From an uncultured Dehalococcoidia bacterium (GTDB lineage: Bacteria; Chloroflexota; Dehalococcoidia; Lucifugimonadales; UBA3495), in assembly GCA_964347975.1 (NCBI GenBank), contig CAYGAY010000007.1:11066-75065 (forward strand): a DNA stretch of 64,000 bases. Reading direction: 5' to 3'. The notes under the pieces were generated by a model that was not told the DNA's origin, did not search any database, and was given only the letters and a program-made list of their open reading frames with translations. Position 1 is the first letter of the stretch; every line of letters begins with the position of its first letter. Position numbers and translations under genes: made by a program. Of the stretch, positions 45,094-53,297 are shown piece after piece.

Positions 45094-45431
45094 TGGGCAG
45101 GTTTGGGGCGGGAAATTATCCATTCGCCGGAGGGAGTTTCGGAGAGAGTCAGACCGCGATTGGGTACCAAATCTTGCAGCGACTGCATTGTCGGCGCCTT
45201 ATGATAAATCAGCCGCAGGTCATTGTCGCCCGTCTCCGCGATGATTTCGTTGAAGACCAGCAGAGCCTCGTCAAAAAACGACACGCCAATCCGCAGGATG
45301 CCGTCGGTGTCCAGTGTAATCTCGCCATCACCGGACGCTTCCTGCATCGCCTGGGCCATAGCACGCGCCGCCGGGCGCGTTATGAGCACTGTCTTGCCAG
45401 AGTATTTGGACAAGTTGATAGTTGTCATCAT
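45090..45431 (-). CDS. STAS-like DUF4325-type protein
   Basis: 113 aa. GEITLDTDGILRIGVSFFDEALLVF fits the DUF4325 pattern (ldf.gv..issSFldE). It is translationally coupled to the B12-binding subunit gene. Confidence 0.45.
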   Translation of the reverse strand: MMTTINLSKYSGKTVLITRPAARAMAQAMQEASGDGEITLDTDGILRIGVSFFDEALLVFNEIIAETGDNDLRLIYHKAPTMQSLQDLVPNRGLTLSETPSGEWIISRPKPAQ

Positions 45432-45492
45432 TACTCACGCTGGAATCGATATGGTTACCACAACCACCGTACCAGCAAGCCGATTTGCCTAG

Positions 45493-45681
45493 TTATCTGC
45501 CGTCTGCCGACCCGTCGCCCAATATGCGCAGCACCACTCCGGCTATAAGCAAAGTCATAAAGCCAATTATCGCCACCGGCTGAGGACCTTCGTCAGTGCC
45601 GATGCTAATTATCACAGCTGCAATCAGGATCGCCGCTACGCCCAGGCACATCGTGCCCAAGTCCCCGAATATCTTTCTCAT
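45493..45681 (-). CDS. small membrane protein (62 aa, two predicted TM helices)
   Basis: MRKIFGDLGTMCLGVAAILIAAVIISIG...VAIIGFMTLLIAGVVLRIL. Its ATG overlaps the upstream stop (ATGA). Confidence 0.45.
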   Translation of the reverse strand: MRKIFGDLGTMCLGVAAILIAAVIISIGTDEGPQPVAIIGFMTLLIAGVVLRILGDGSADGR

Positions 45682-45887
45682 CGGTGGAGTTTCACGGCGA
45701 TTATAGCCGTGATGAACGCTATGGACAGCCCGGCGCCAACGTAAGCCAGGGGCAGCAGTTCCCCAACCAGATACTGATCCGTGCTGAACGCGCTGAACCC
45801 CAGCCAATTCCCGGCCAACATGGCCCAGCTGATCCCGAAAAATACGGTGAAATACACTATGGCGAAGACTAAGAGCGGGCTTTTCAT
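45678..45887 (-). CDS. small membrane protein (~69 aa, two predicted TM helices)
   Basis: MKSPLLVFAIVYFTVFFGISWAMLAGNWLG...LLPLAYVGAGLSIAFITAIIAV. AAGGGGA lies 5 nt before ATG 45887. Confidence 0.45.
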   Translation of the reverse strand: MKSPLLVFAIVYFTVFFGISWAMLAGNWLGFSAFSTDQYLVGELLPLAYVGAGLSIAFITAIIAVKLHR

Positions 45888-45952
45888 CTCGTTCCCCTTG
45901 CTGAGCATCACCCTGCCGTACCGACACTATACCGCACATCCGTCTTGCCCGT

Positions 45953-47638
45953 CTAAAACACCCCCGGGTCCACGTACTCCCCCCATTCCTCCCGCAGCGC
46001 ACCCATAATCTCGCCCTCCGTAACGCCTGCCGCCACCGCCGTCAGGATCGCCGGCATCAGGTTCCCGTCGTCACGGGCTGACTTTACGATGTCCCGCAGT
46101 CCGGCCGCCGCGTCCGCCTCGCTGCGGCCCTGACGGGCCGTGGCCAGCCGCTCGATCTGCCGTTCCTCCTCGGCGTGGTCAAACTCGAACAGCTCCAGCC
46201 CGCCGGCGTTGGTAGCGTCGCCGCTGTACTCATCGTTCACTCCCACGATGGTATAGTCGCCCGACTCCACCCGCTGCTGGTAGCGGTACGACGCCTGGGC
46301 GATTTCGCTCTCGATGTAGCCGTTGCCGATGGCCGCCAGCATCCCGTCCAGCATACTCCCGTTGCCCATGGTGTCGATGCGCTCGATGTAGGCCATGGCC
46401 GCCTCTTCCAGTCGATTGGTCAGCGTCTCCAGGTACGCCGAACCGCCCAGCGGGTCCGGCGTGGCGGCCACTCCCGACTCGTGGGCCAGTATCAGCTGCG
46501 TCGCCAGGGAAATGCGCATGGCTTCCTCAGAGGGTATATCGTAAGCCTCATCGTAGCCGCTCACGTGCAGCGACTGGGTGCCGCCCAGCACGGCGGCCAG
46601 CGCCTGCAACCCGCCGCGCAGGATGTTGTTCAGCGGGTCCTGGCGCACCAGGGTGGAACCCAGGGTCTGGGTGTGGAAACGCATCCGCATCGACTCCGGT
46701 TTGGTCGCGCCGTAGCGGTCCCGCATCAGCCGCGCCCACATCCGGCGCGCCGCCCGGAACTTGGCGATCTCCTCGAAGAAGTCGTTATGCACCCCGAAAA
46801 AGTGGGACAGCCGCGCCGCGAAGGCGTCCACCGGCAGCCCCCGTCGCAGGGCCGACTCCACGTAGGCCATTCCCTGGGCGACGGTGAAGGCCAACTCTTG
46901 CACGGCGTCGGAGCCGGCCTCCCGGGTGTGGTAGCCGCTGATGGATATGGTGTACCAGTTGGGTACGTGTTTCGTGCTGAACTCCACCACGTCCGTGGTC
47001 AGTTTCAGCGCCGGCGCCGGCGGCAATGCAAAGGTCTTTTGCCCGTGAAACTCCTTCAGCGAGTCGTTCTGCACGGTCCCCCGCAGCGACGCCCAGGGCG
47101 TCCCCCGACGCTCGGCGGTATGCAGGAACATCGCCAGCAGCACGATGGCCGGATGGTTGATGGTCAGGGACACGCTGGCCTGGTCCAGCGGTATGCCGTC
47201 GAACAGCTCGCCCAGGTCGGCGGCGGTGTCAATCGCCACGCCCAGCCGTCCCACCTCGCCCTCGGCCAGCTCGTGGTCCGAATCGTACCCGGTCAGCGTG
47301 GGATGGTCGAAGTCAGTGCTCAACCCGGTCTGCCCGTGAGCCAGCAGAAAGCGATACCGCTCGTTGGTAGCCCGCGCCGTCCCGAACCCGGCAATCTGCC
47401 GCCGCGTCCACAGCCGCCCCCGGTACATGGTGGGATAGGCGCCGCGCGTGAAGGGAAACTCGCCGGGGTTGCCCAAATCCGCCGCCGCCTCAAACCCGCT
47501 GGATGCCAGTTGCTCCGGGGAGTAGAGAGGGGCGATGGGGAGGTTGGATAGGGTGTGTGGGTTATCGTTGCTGCTACCGTTGGCGGTCATGGTATGCCTG
47601 CCTGATTGCCAAGGGTTTCCATGGGTATGTTCGCCCAC
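45953..47638 (-). CDS. methylmalonyl-CoA mutase family, large catalytic subunit
   Basis: FPFTRGAYPTMYRGRLWTRRQIAGFG, SISGYHTREAG and RARRMWA motifs. The start may be the internal ATG at 47590. Confidence 0.9.
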   Translation of the reverse strand: MGEHTHGNPWQSGRHTMTANGSSNDNPHTLSNLPIAPLYSPEQLASSGFEAAADLGNPGEFPFTRGAYPTMYRGRLWTRRQIAGFGTARATNERYRFLLAHGQTGLSTDFDHPTLTGYDSDHELAEGEVGRLGVAIDTAADLGELFDGIPLDQASVSLTINHPAIVLLAMFLHTAERRGTPWASLRGTVQNDSLKEFHGQKTFALPPAPALKLTTDVVEFSTKHVPNWYTISISGYHTREAGSDAVQELAFTVAQGMAYVESALRRGLPVDAFAARLSHFFGVHNDFFEEIAKFRAARRMWARLMRDRYGATKPESMRMRFHTQTLGSTLVRQDPLNNILRGGLQALAAVLGGTQSLHVSGYDEAYDIPSEEAMRISLATQLILAHESGVAATPDPLGGSAYLETLTNRLEEAAMAYIERIDTMGNGSMLDGMLAAIGNGYIESEIAQASYRYQQRVESGDYTIVGVNDEYSGDATNAGGLELFEFDHAEEERQIERLATARQGRSEADAAAGLRDIVKSARDDGNLMPAILTAVAAGVTEGEIMGALREEWGEYVDPGVF

Positions 47639-47673
47639 TTAACTCGTAAAGCGTAAATGATTTCAACGGGGTG

Positions 47674-48033
47674 TCAGCTTGTTTGCAGCAGCGGCGCGAT
47701 CTTGTCTACCAAGGACTCCACGTCGTCCAGGCCCTCGGCGATGTCATGGGCCGACAGTTCGTTCTCGTAGAAATTCTCGTGCAGCAGGCTGGCGGTGGCG
47801 AAAAAGCGAACGACGTCCCGGTCACCTACCTCGGAGCGCAGTCGGCTGGCAATGCGGGAAAGGTGCCGGTGGCGGTTATGTTCCCAGCCACGTTGCTCGG
47901 CGATGGCTTTCAGCATTTGGGCGACGGCGCCCCAACCTTTCTCGGACGCCTGCTGCAAGTCCCCCATCGCCAGTTCCGCCCGGGCCTGGGCGAGGAAGCG
48001 TTCGCAGTGAACCTGGTAATCGGATGAGGTCAT
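47674..48033 (-). CDS. PaREP1-like (HEPN-superfamily) protein
   Basis: FLAQARAELAMGDLQQASEKGWGAVAQMLKAIAE ... ASLLHENFYENEL. The start was set to ATG 48033 (GGAG 6 nt upstream). Confidence 0.55.
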   Translation of the reverse strand: MTSSDYQVHCERFLAQARAELAMGDLQQASEKGWGAVAQMLKAIAEQRGWEHNRHRHLSRIASRLRSEVGDRDVVRFFATASLLHENFYENELSAHDIAEGLDDVESLVDKIAPLLQTS

Positions 48034-48286
48034 GTCATTCTCCATACCGTGGTCAAGGTTATCAGGCCAGTTGGCGGGACAGCAACCAGGTCCGCACAAA
48101 TCTTATTTTCATTTCTTCGTCCTCCTGTGCAGGATGGTTCTGCCGCCTATAAGGAAGTCAATTCGGCTCAATGACGTTAGTTTGCAATCCTAACCATTCT
48201 CCTTTTGTAGTGTCGCATTTTTAGCGCACCGACCTCCAGACAGACGGGCAAGGATTGATCTAATCTTAGGCAAATGGGGGCAGATT

Positions 48287-48583
48287 TCACGGCTCACGCT
48301 CAATGATAGCAACTTCATCAGGCATACAGGCCAGCCAGGCTCGAATCCTGGCTTCGTCCGCCGCACCGATACCACGTCTTTGCAGATAATCCGCCAACGC
48401 ATCCTCAAGAACGACCTTCTCAACCGGCGTCACCACGTGTGGCGGGAGCATATCAGCGCAGATTGCGTTGACCTCCCGGCTGTGAGTGAACCCATAAACT
48501 GCATCCTGGCTTTCCACGTCGGGCCAGAAATAGTCATACTTGATGATGTCCACGAGGACATTTCCGATGTCTCTGCTTGTCAT
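48287..48583 (-). CDS. hypothetical protein (98 aa)
   Basis: Intact ORF 12 nt downstream of the wHTH ORF, in the lower-G+C island. No recognisable motif. Confidence 0.35.
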   Translation of the reverse strand: MTSRDIGNVLVDIIKYDYFWPDVESQDAVYGFTHSREVNAICADMLPPHVVTPVEKVVLEDALADYLQRRGIGAADEARIRAWLACMPDEVAIIEREP

Positions 48584-48595
48584 TGCTATCCTCTG

Positions 48596-49036
48596 TCAAG
48601 TCAAACACCAGCGGTTACCATCGCGGACGATAGTGCCGTCACGCCGCAATTGAACCTGCGCGTTTCGCACTTGGTGTTTCCAGCGCCGTCCGAACGATAC
48701 CCCATTTATGACGCGGTGAACGCTATCGTCGCACATATCGGGGTACAACCCTTGCACCAGCGGGTTAATGTCGCGGGTGCTCAAAGGGCCGTACTGTCGC
48801 AAAATGTACCGCACGGCACGGGCGAATATCGCAGTTGTAGATTCCCCCGGTATCGTCCGCAAAAGCTTCAGCCACTCATCAATGTCGTCCATAACAGCAT
48901 CTATATCCGCTTGTACGGTATTCGGAACGGAACTAACGGCGGTGCCCTGCCTCTGCCTGGCGTCTTTGGTCTTATCCTCCAATTTAATAAGAGCATCCGG
49001 GGGTACAATACTGCCCAGATGTCCGTACTCCTTCAA
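48596..49036 (-). CDS. Mrr_N-like winged-helix domain ORF (probably the C-terminal part of the PLD nuclease gene)
   Basis: AVRYILRQYGPLSTRDINPLV...RRWKHQVRNAQVQLRRDGTIVRDGNRWCLT fits the Mrr N-terminal wHTH pattern. It begins with TTG without an RBS and overlaps 48984-49454 by 53 nt in another frame. Confidence 0.45.
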   Translation of the reverse strand: MKEYGHLGSIVPPDALIKLEDKTKDARQRQGTAVSSVPNTVQADIDAVMDDIDEWLKLLRTIPGESTTAIFARAVRYILRQYGPLSTRDINPLVQGLYPDMCDDSVHRVINGVSFGRRWKHQVRNAQVQLRRDGTIVRDGNRWCLT

Positions 49037-49454
49037 AATCGTCCGCTATTTCGCTAACGTTCTGTGGGTTAGTGATTGTGATGCCCAGTTCATAATTGCG
49101 AATCAAGCCCCCATGCGTAAGGTTGGCGGACGTTACGATGGCAGTGTGTCCGTCGGCGACATAGGCTTTGGCGTGCAGTCCGGGCAAATGACGTATGGTC
49201 GCCCCCGGAACCTGCTGGCATAGCCATGTCAATGCTCCGATGTCCAACGAGCCGGCAACCAAACTGTCCGGGTGCAAGTTGGTCAGGACATCGAGGCGAA
49301 CCGATTTACACCGCGAACGCAGTTGCCTCGCCAATCGCTCAACAGGCTGGCGGGTAATAAATGGGGCGGCGATGATTGCCGTCTCTTGAATCGAGGCTGC
49401 AAACTGGTCGAAAGTGGACCCCCACGGCGATTTGACTGACTGCATGGCTATCAC
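48984..49454 (-). CDS. PLD-family (HKD) nuclease domain protein
   Basis: HKD motif GLHAKAYVADGHTAIVTSANLTHGGLIRNYE. Confidence 0.65.
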   Translation of the reverse strand: MIAMQSVKSPWGSTFDQFAASIQETAIIAAPFITRQPVERLARQLRSRCKSVRLDVLTNLHPDSLVAGSLDIGALTWLCQQVPGATIRHLPGLHAKAYVADGHTAIVTSANLTHGGLIRNYELGITITNPQNVSEIADDFEGVRTSGQYCTPGCSY

Positions 49455-49522
49455 CTCCCTGACGACAGTACATTAGTGCTGATACATCGGCGCGTCAACC
49501 CCGCCGGCGTCACTACTTTGTC

Positions 49523-50009
49523 CTAGCTTTCAGCTACCTGCAATCCGCCATAGGGTGCGACTGCAAGGATTGCCCCGCTGTACTTCACGAGCTTATCGCC
49601 AAGAACACCATCCCCACCTTCCCATCCCCAAAATTTCTGACTCCTGCCCTCCTTCGCCGGCACCGATTGCTGTTTCAGCGTGATTGCGAGGCTGCCGTCC
49701 GCCGGTGAACGACGCCTTCACGGATATTTGATGGCCGTCCACCACAATATCCTCGTCGCTCAAGTCCAACCCCCTGGCCCGCGCATTGGCGATTCCCACA
49801 CAGCGCATCGTAGTCGCCAGTATCCGCTCCGTAGCCCCGCCGGCGATAAAGCGGTTCTCCCTGATGCTGGTGTCATACTCGCTGATGAGCAGGCCGAGGG
49901 CACGGAGCAATTCGTCCAAGACATCAGGGGAGTTGGTTAACCCATTACGCAGCTGTCTGTAAATGCCGCGATGTGGTGCATAAATGCTGTTTGAGCTGTT
50001 CTGCGTCAT
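49523..50009 (-). pseudogene. PD-(D/E)XK-like nuclease gene with apparent frameshift
   Basis: From MTQNSSNSIY... to ...DLSDEDIVVDGHQISVKASFTGGR, the frame decays into low-complexity sequence. Another frame continues plausibly (SLAITLKQQSVPAKEGRSQKFWGWEGGDGVLGDKLVKYSGAILAVAPYGGLQVAES*) to the stop at 49523. Confidence 0.4.
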
Positions 50010-50047
50010 CGCGATTCCTCTGGAGTGAACGATGCAAAAATTCAGTG

Positions 50048-50209
50048 CTAGCGTGTCGCACTGTAGCAAGGTCGCTCGCAGCCGTAATTTTGGTGCTTAT
50101 CGAAGCAAGCCTCTCTAGGGTTAGTCATGATGTCGCACAAGTCTTGACCACAGCGCATGCACCTTACTGTCATCGTCCATTTCCCGCACCGTTGGCATCG
50201 GTCTGGCAT
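50048..50209 (-). CDS. possible small zinc-ribbon protein (53 aa)
   Basis: MPDRCQRCGKWTMTVRCMRCGQDLC has two CxxC pairs. It lies upstream of, and co-directional with, the nuclease genes. Confidence 0.3.
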   Translation of the reverse strand: MPDRCQRCGKWTMTVRCMRCGQDLCDIMTNPREACFDKHQNYGCERPCYSATR

Positions 50210-50240
50210 AGTTGAACTCCTATGTGTGTGCTGAGGGTTA

Positions 50241-50630
50241 TCAATCTGATGCTGCGGCGGGCGCCGGATGCGCCGGGGATTTGAGTAACTCTTCGACCGT
50301 AATGTCAAAGTGCTCTTTTAGCAGTTGCGCCAACTCCGGCGTGATCTCTTTTCGGCCAGCAATTATGGCGTCAAGGCTGGCGTTACTGCCTGCCAATGGG
50401 AGCAACTGTTCCCGTGTTACGATTTCCTGGTCCAAGAGAAACTCGACAAGCGCATCCGGAGTGGGGCTTGCTATCGGATAGTGCTCGTCTTCGTACTGTA
50501 TAACCAGGTCGGATATGCGGTCGAGTTCGGCGCCTTCCTCGCTGCCAGGTGCCGAGTCAATCAGCTCGTCGATGCGGGCCAACGCCGCCTCGTAGTCTGC
50601 TTTAGTTTGAACTTGCGTGATTTCCGGCAT
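50241..50630 (-). CDS. higA: HigA-type antitoxin
   Basis: TKADYEAALARIDELIDS...YEDEHYPI N-terminal region typical of HigA partners of HigB. It lies 2 nt downstream of higB. Confidence 0.65.
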   Translation of the reverse strand: MPEITQVQTKADYEAALARIDELIDSAPGSEEGAELDRISDLVIQYEDEHYPIASPTPDALVEFLLDQEIVTREQLLPLAGSNASLDAIIAGRKEITPELAQLLKEHFDITVEELLKSPAHPAPAAASD

Positions 50631-50632
50631 AC

Positions 50633-50926
50633 CTACACCTCCTCCGCGTTGATAGCGTCGTATTCGGCGTGCGTGCCGAAAAACCGGATATAGACTTTGT
50701 GATATTGATAATGAATACTAACCACTAGCCGGTAGGTGTTGCCTTTGATGTTGAACACTACCCGGTCGTTGGCGATGATACTTGCGTTGGGATAGTCATC
50801 CTTTATCCGGGCCGGGGAGTCCCAATCGGCTTTTCTGGCATTTAAATACCAAGCACGCAACGCTCGCTCGGCATCTGGACGTCGTTCCCAGAACTCTTGC
50901 AGCGTCTTTTTCTTGACAACCCACAT
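50633..50926 (-). CDS. higB: HigB-type toxin (RelE superfamily mRNA interferase)
   Basis: KKKTLQEFWERRPDAERALRAWYLNARKADWDSPARIKDDYPNASIIANDRVVFNIKGNTYRLVVSIHYQYHKVYIRFFGTHAEYD is the classic HigB pattern. The start was set to ATG 50926. Confidence 0.8.
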   Translation of the reverse strand: MWVVKKKTLQEFWERRPDAERALRAWYLNARKADWDSPARIKDDYPNASIIANDRVVFNIKGNTYRLVVSIHYQYHKVYIRFFGTHAEYDAINAEEV

Positions 50927-51098
50927 GAACGCCCGCCAACCTTCCGGCGAGTATAGCATCATTATCCAATTCACCGCTTCCGAAAACCCTGCCTCTGGCA
51001 AAATCACCGCCGGGGCGTATGGGGAATGCCATCCGCTCACCTTAAGAATTCGGGGCGGGTTATGGACCCGCCCCGCTGCATCCGTATGCAAGCGCCGC

Positions 51099-52226
51099 CT
51101 ACAGGAAGTCGAACTGCTCGTACACGCCGTGGACGATGGGAACCGGGTCCAGTTCCAGCCACCGGTTGAGGATGGTAGCGTAGGTGGAGCGGAAGTCGTT
51201 GGTGAAGTGGAGGTCGCCTTCCGAGTGGTCTTCGGGGCGCAGGGACGGATATTCACCGTAGAGGCCGCCGTTGACCGACCCGCCGATGACGAAGGCCACG
51301 CCGCCGGAGCCGTGGTCGGTGCCGGTGCCGTTGTCTCGGATGCGCCGGCCGAACTCGGAGAACACCAGGATCAGCGTGTCGTCGGCCAGCCCGTGCTCCT
51401 CCAGGTCGCTGGTGAAGTCGGCGATGGCGGTGGACACGTCGGTCCACAGCTTGGCGTGGGCCGGCAGCTCGTTGCTGTGGGTGTCGAAACTGCCGTGCTG
51501 GGTGTAGTAGATGCGGGTGCCCAGACCGGCGGACATCACCTGCGCCATGTTCTTCAACGACTGGCTGATGGGCGTGTCGGCGTATTCGACCGTTGACGAA
51601 TACAGTTCCGGCGCGGTGCGCAGGCGGTCGGCGCCCTTCAGAGCGTTGGAACCGGTCTCGGACAGCACCTGGGCCACCACGTCCTTGCTCTCGGTGGGGC
51701 CGTAGATGCGGCTGAAAGCTTCCAGGGCGTACTGCCGCGACTTCTCGTCCTGGATGTCAGGCATCAGGCCGTAGGTCTCCAGGTTGGCCACCGAGGCCAC
51801 CGGCACGCCCTTTGCCACCATGGCCCGGGGCAGGCCGCGCCCGAAGTTCACGCCGGTCAGCACGTTCTCGCCCCGGGCGTCAAGGTCGCGGATGGCGGCG
51901 GCCAGCCAACCCTCGGCGCCGATCTTCTCGGATTCGGCGGTGTACCAGACGTCACGGGAGCGGAAGTGGGATCGGTTGGGGTTGGGATAGCCGATGCCGT
52001 TGATTACGGCGAAATTGCCCTGATCCCACAGGCGCTTGACGGGGGCCAGGTTGGGATTGAAGCCCACCTCGTCGTCCAGGTGCAGCACCTCGCCCTCAGG
52101 TATCCCGACGTTGCTGCGGAAGTCGTAGTAGAGCGGGTTATTGTAGGGGATAACGGTGTTCAGAGCGTCATTGCCGCCCTGAAGCTCAATCACCACTACG
52201 TTCCGTTCCTTCTTGGTGGAAGTCAT
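51099..52226 (-). CDS. DUF1501 (sulfatase-fold) protein
   Basis: VVIELQGGNDALNTVIPY and FSEFGRR...GTDHG motifs. No twin-arginine signal is visible. Confidence 0.75.
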   Translation of the reverse strand: MTSTKKERNVVVIELQGGNDALNTVIPYNNPLYYDFRSNVGIPEGEVLHLDDEVGFNPNLAPVKRLWDQGNFAVINGIGYPNPNRSHFRSRDVWYTAESEKIGAEGWLAAAIRDLDARGENVLTGVNFGRGLPRAMVAKGVPVASVANLETYGLMPDIQDEKSRQYALEAFSRIYGPTESKDVVAQVLSETGSNALKGADRLRTAPELYSSTVEYADTPISQSLKNMAQVMSAGLGTRIYYTQHGSFDTHSNELPAHAKLWTDVSTAIADFTSDLEEHGLADDTLILVFSEFGRRIRDNGTGTDHGSGGVAFVIGGSVNGGLYGEYPSLRPEDHSEGDLHFTNDFRSTYATILNRWLELDPVPIVHGVYEQFDFL

Positions 52227-52230
52227 CGGG

Positions 52231-53283
52231 CTATCCTCCTTTCGCGCCGGGCTGGTACACCTGGATGCGGTGCCGGTTGCTTTCGGTTACGTACAGGTTG
52301 CCCTCCCGGTCCAGTTTGATCGACACGGGAGACCAGAAATACTTTTCGATGTGGGACGATTCCTCGTGGGGTTCGTCCACGAAATATGCGATTTCGGGTT
52401 CCAGGTTGGCCCGGGAGCGGGCCTCCCCTTCCTCTACGTTCACGGCCAGGAAGTTGGCCGCCCACGCGGACAGGGTGGCTTCGCCGCGCAGCTTCTGCAC
52501 GAAACCGCCGTTCGGGTCCAGTATCTGCACCCTCTCGTTGCCCCAGTCGGCCACGTAGATGTAGCCGGCCGCGTCAACGGCCACGCCGGACGGACGATGG
52601 AACTCGCCGTCGCCCCGGCCGGAGGTCCCGAAGGATCCCAGATGCGCGCCGTCGGGAGAAAATTTCTGGACCCGGTCGTTGCCCCAATCGGCTACGTACA
52701 CGTTGCCCTCTGGCCCGACGGTCAGGCCCCAGGGCAGGTTCAACCCGGCGTCGCCGTTGCCCTCGCGCCCGCCGGATCCCTTGACCAGGCACGCCAGGAA
52801 GCGGCCCTCCGCCGTGAACTTCTGCACCCGGTGGTTGTAGGTGTCCGCTACGTACAGGTTGTCGCCGGCGTCAAAGGCCAGTCCGGAGGGGGTGTCCAGC
52901 TGTCCCTCGCCGGAACCGTGCTCGCCCCAGGTGGACAGTAGCGTCCCTTCCCGGTCGAACACCGAGATGCGGTGCGTAGCCTCGTCGCTGACGTACACGC
53001 GGCCCCGGCTGTCCAGCGTGCAGGCCGAGGGCCAGATGAACTGGCCGGGAGATTGGCCGTAGGCCGCAAAAGTGCCGTAGTAATCGCTGTTGATGTCGCA
53101 CATGGTGACGCGCACGCCCCGGGTCACATTCTCCAGCGAGCGGTTCGCAACGTACATCCGCCCGTCATCGGCGATGGCGGTATCGGTAGGATAGTAGAAC
53201 CCCCGACCCTCCATCGTGGTCATGCCCAGGGTCATGCGGTATTCGAGAAACCGGATTTCGGGAGTGTCTTGCGCTGTGGCCAT
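52231..53283 (-). CDS. NHL-repeat beta-propeller protein
   Basis: Repeated YV(A/S)D..N.R(V/I)Q(K/I/V)(F/L/Y) blades (for example YVADTYNHRVQKF, YVADWGNDRVQKF, YVADWGNERVQIL, YVTESNRHRIQVY). Confidence 0.8.
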   Translation of the reverse strand: MATAQDTPEIRFLEYRMTLGMTTMEGRGFYYPTDTAIADDGRMYVANRSLENVTRGVRVTMCDINSDYYGTFAAYGQSPGQFIWPSACTLDSRGRVYVSDEATHRISVFDREGTLLSTWGEHGSGEGQLDTPSGLAFDAGDNLYVADTYNHRVQKFTAEGRFLACLVKGSGGREGNGDAGLNLPWGLTVGPEGNVYVADWGNDRVQKFSPDGAHLGSFGTSGRGDGEFHRPSGVAVDAAGYIYVADWGNERVQILDPNGGFVQKLRGEATLSAWAANFLAVNVEEGEARSRANLEPEIAYFVDEPHEESSHIEKYFWSPVSIKLDREGNLYVTESNRHRIQVYQPGAKGG

Positions 53284-53297
53284 GGTCGGTTCACCCC

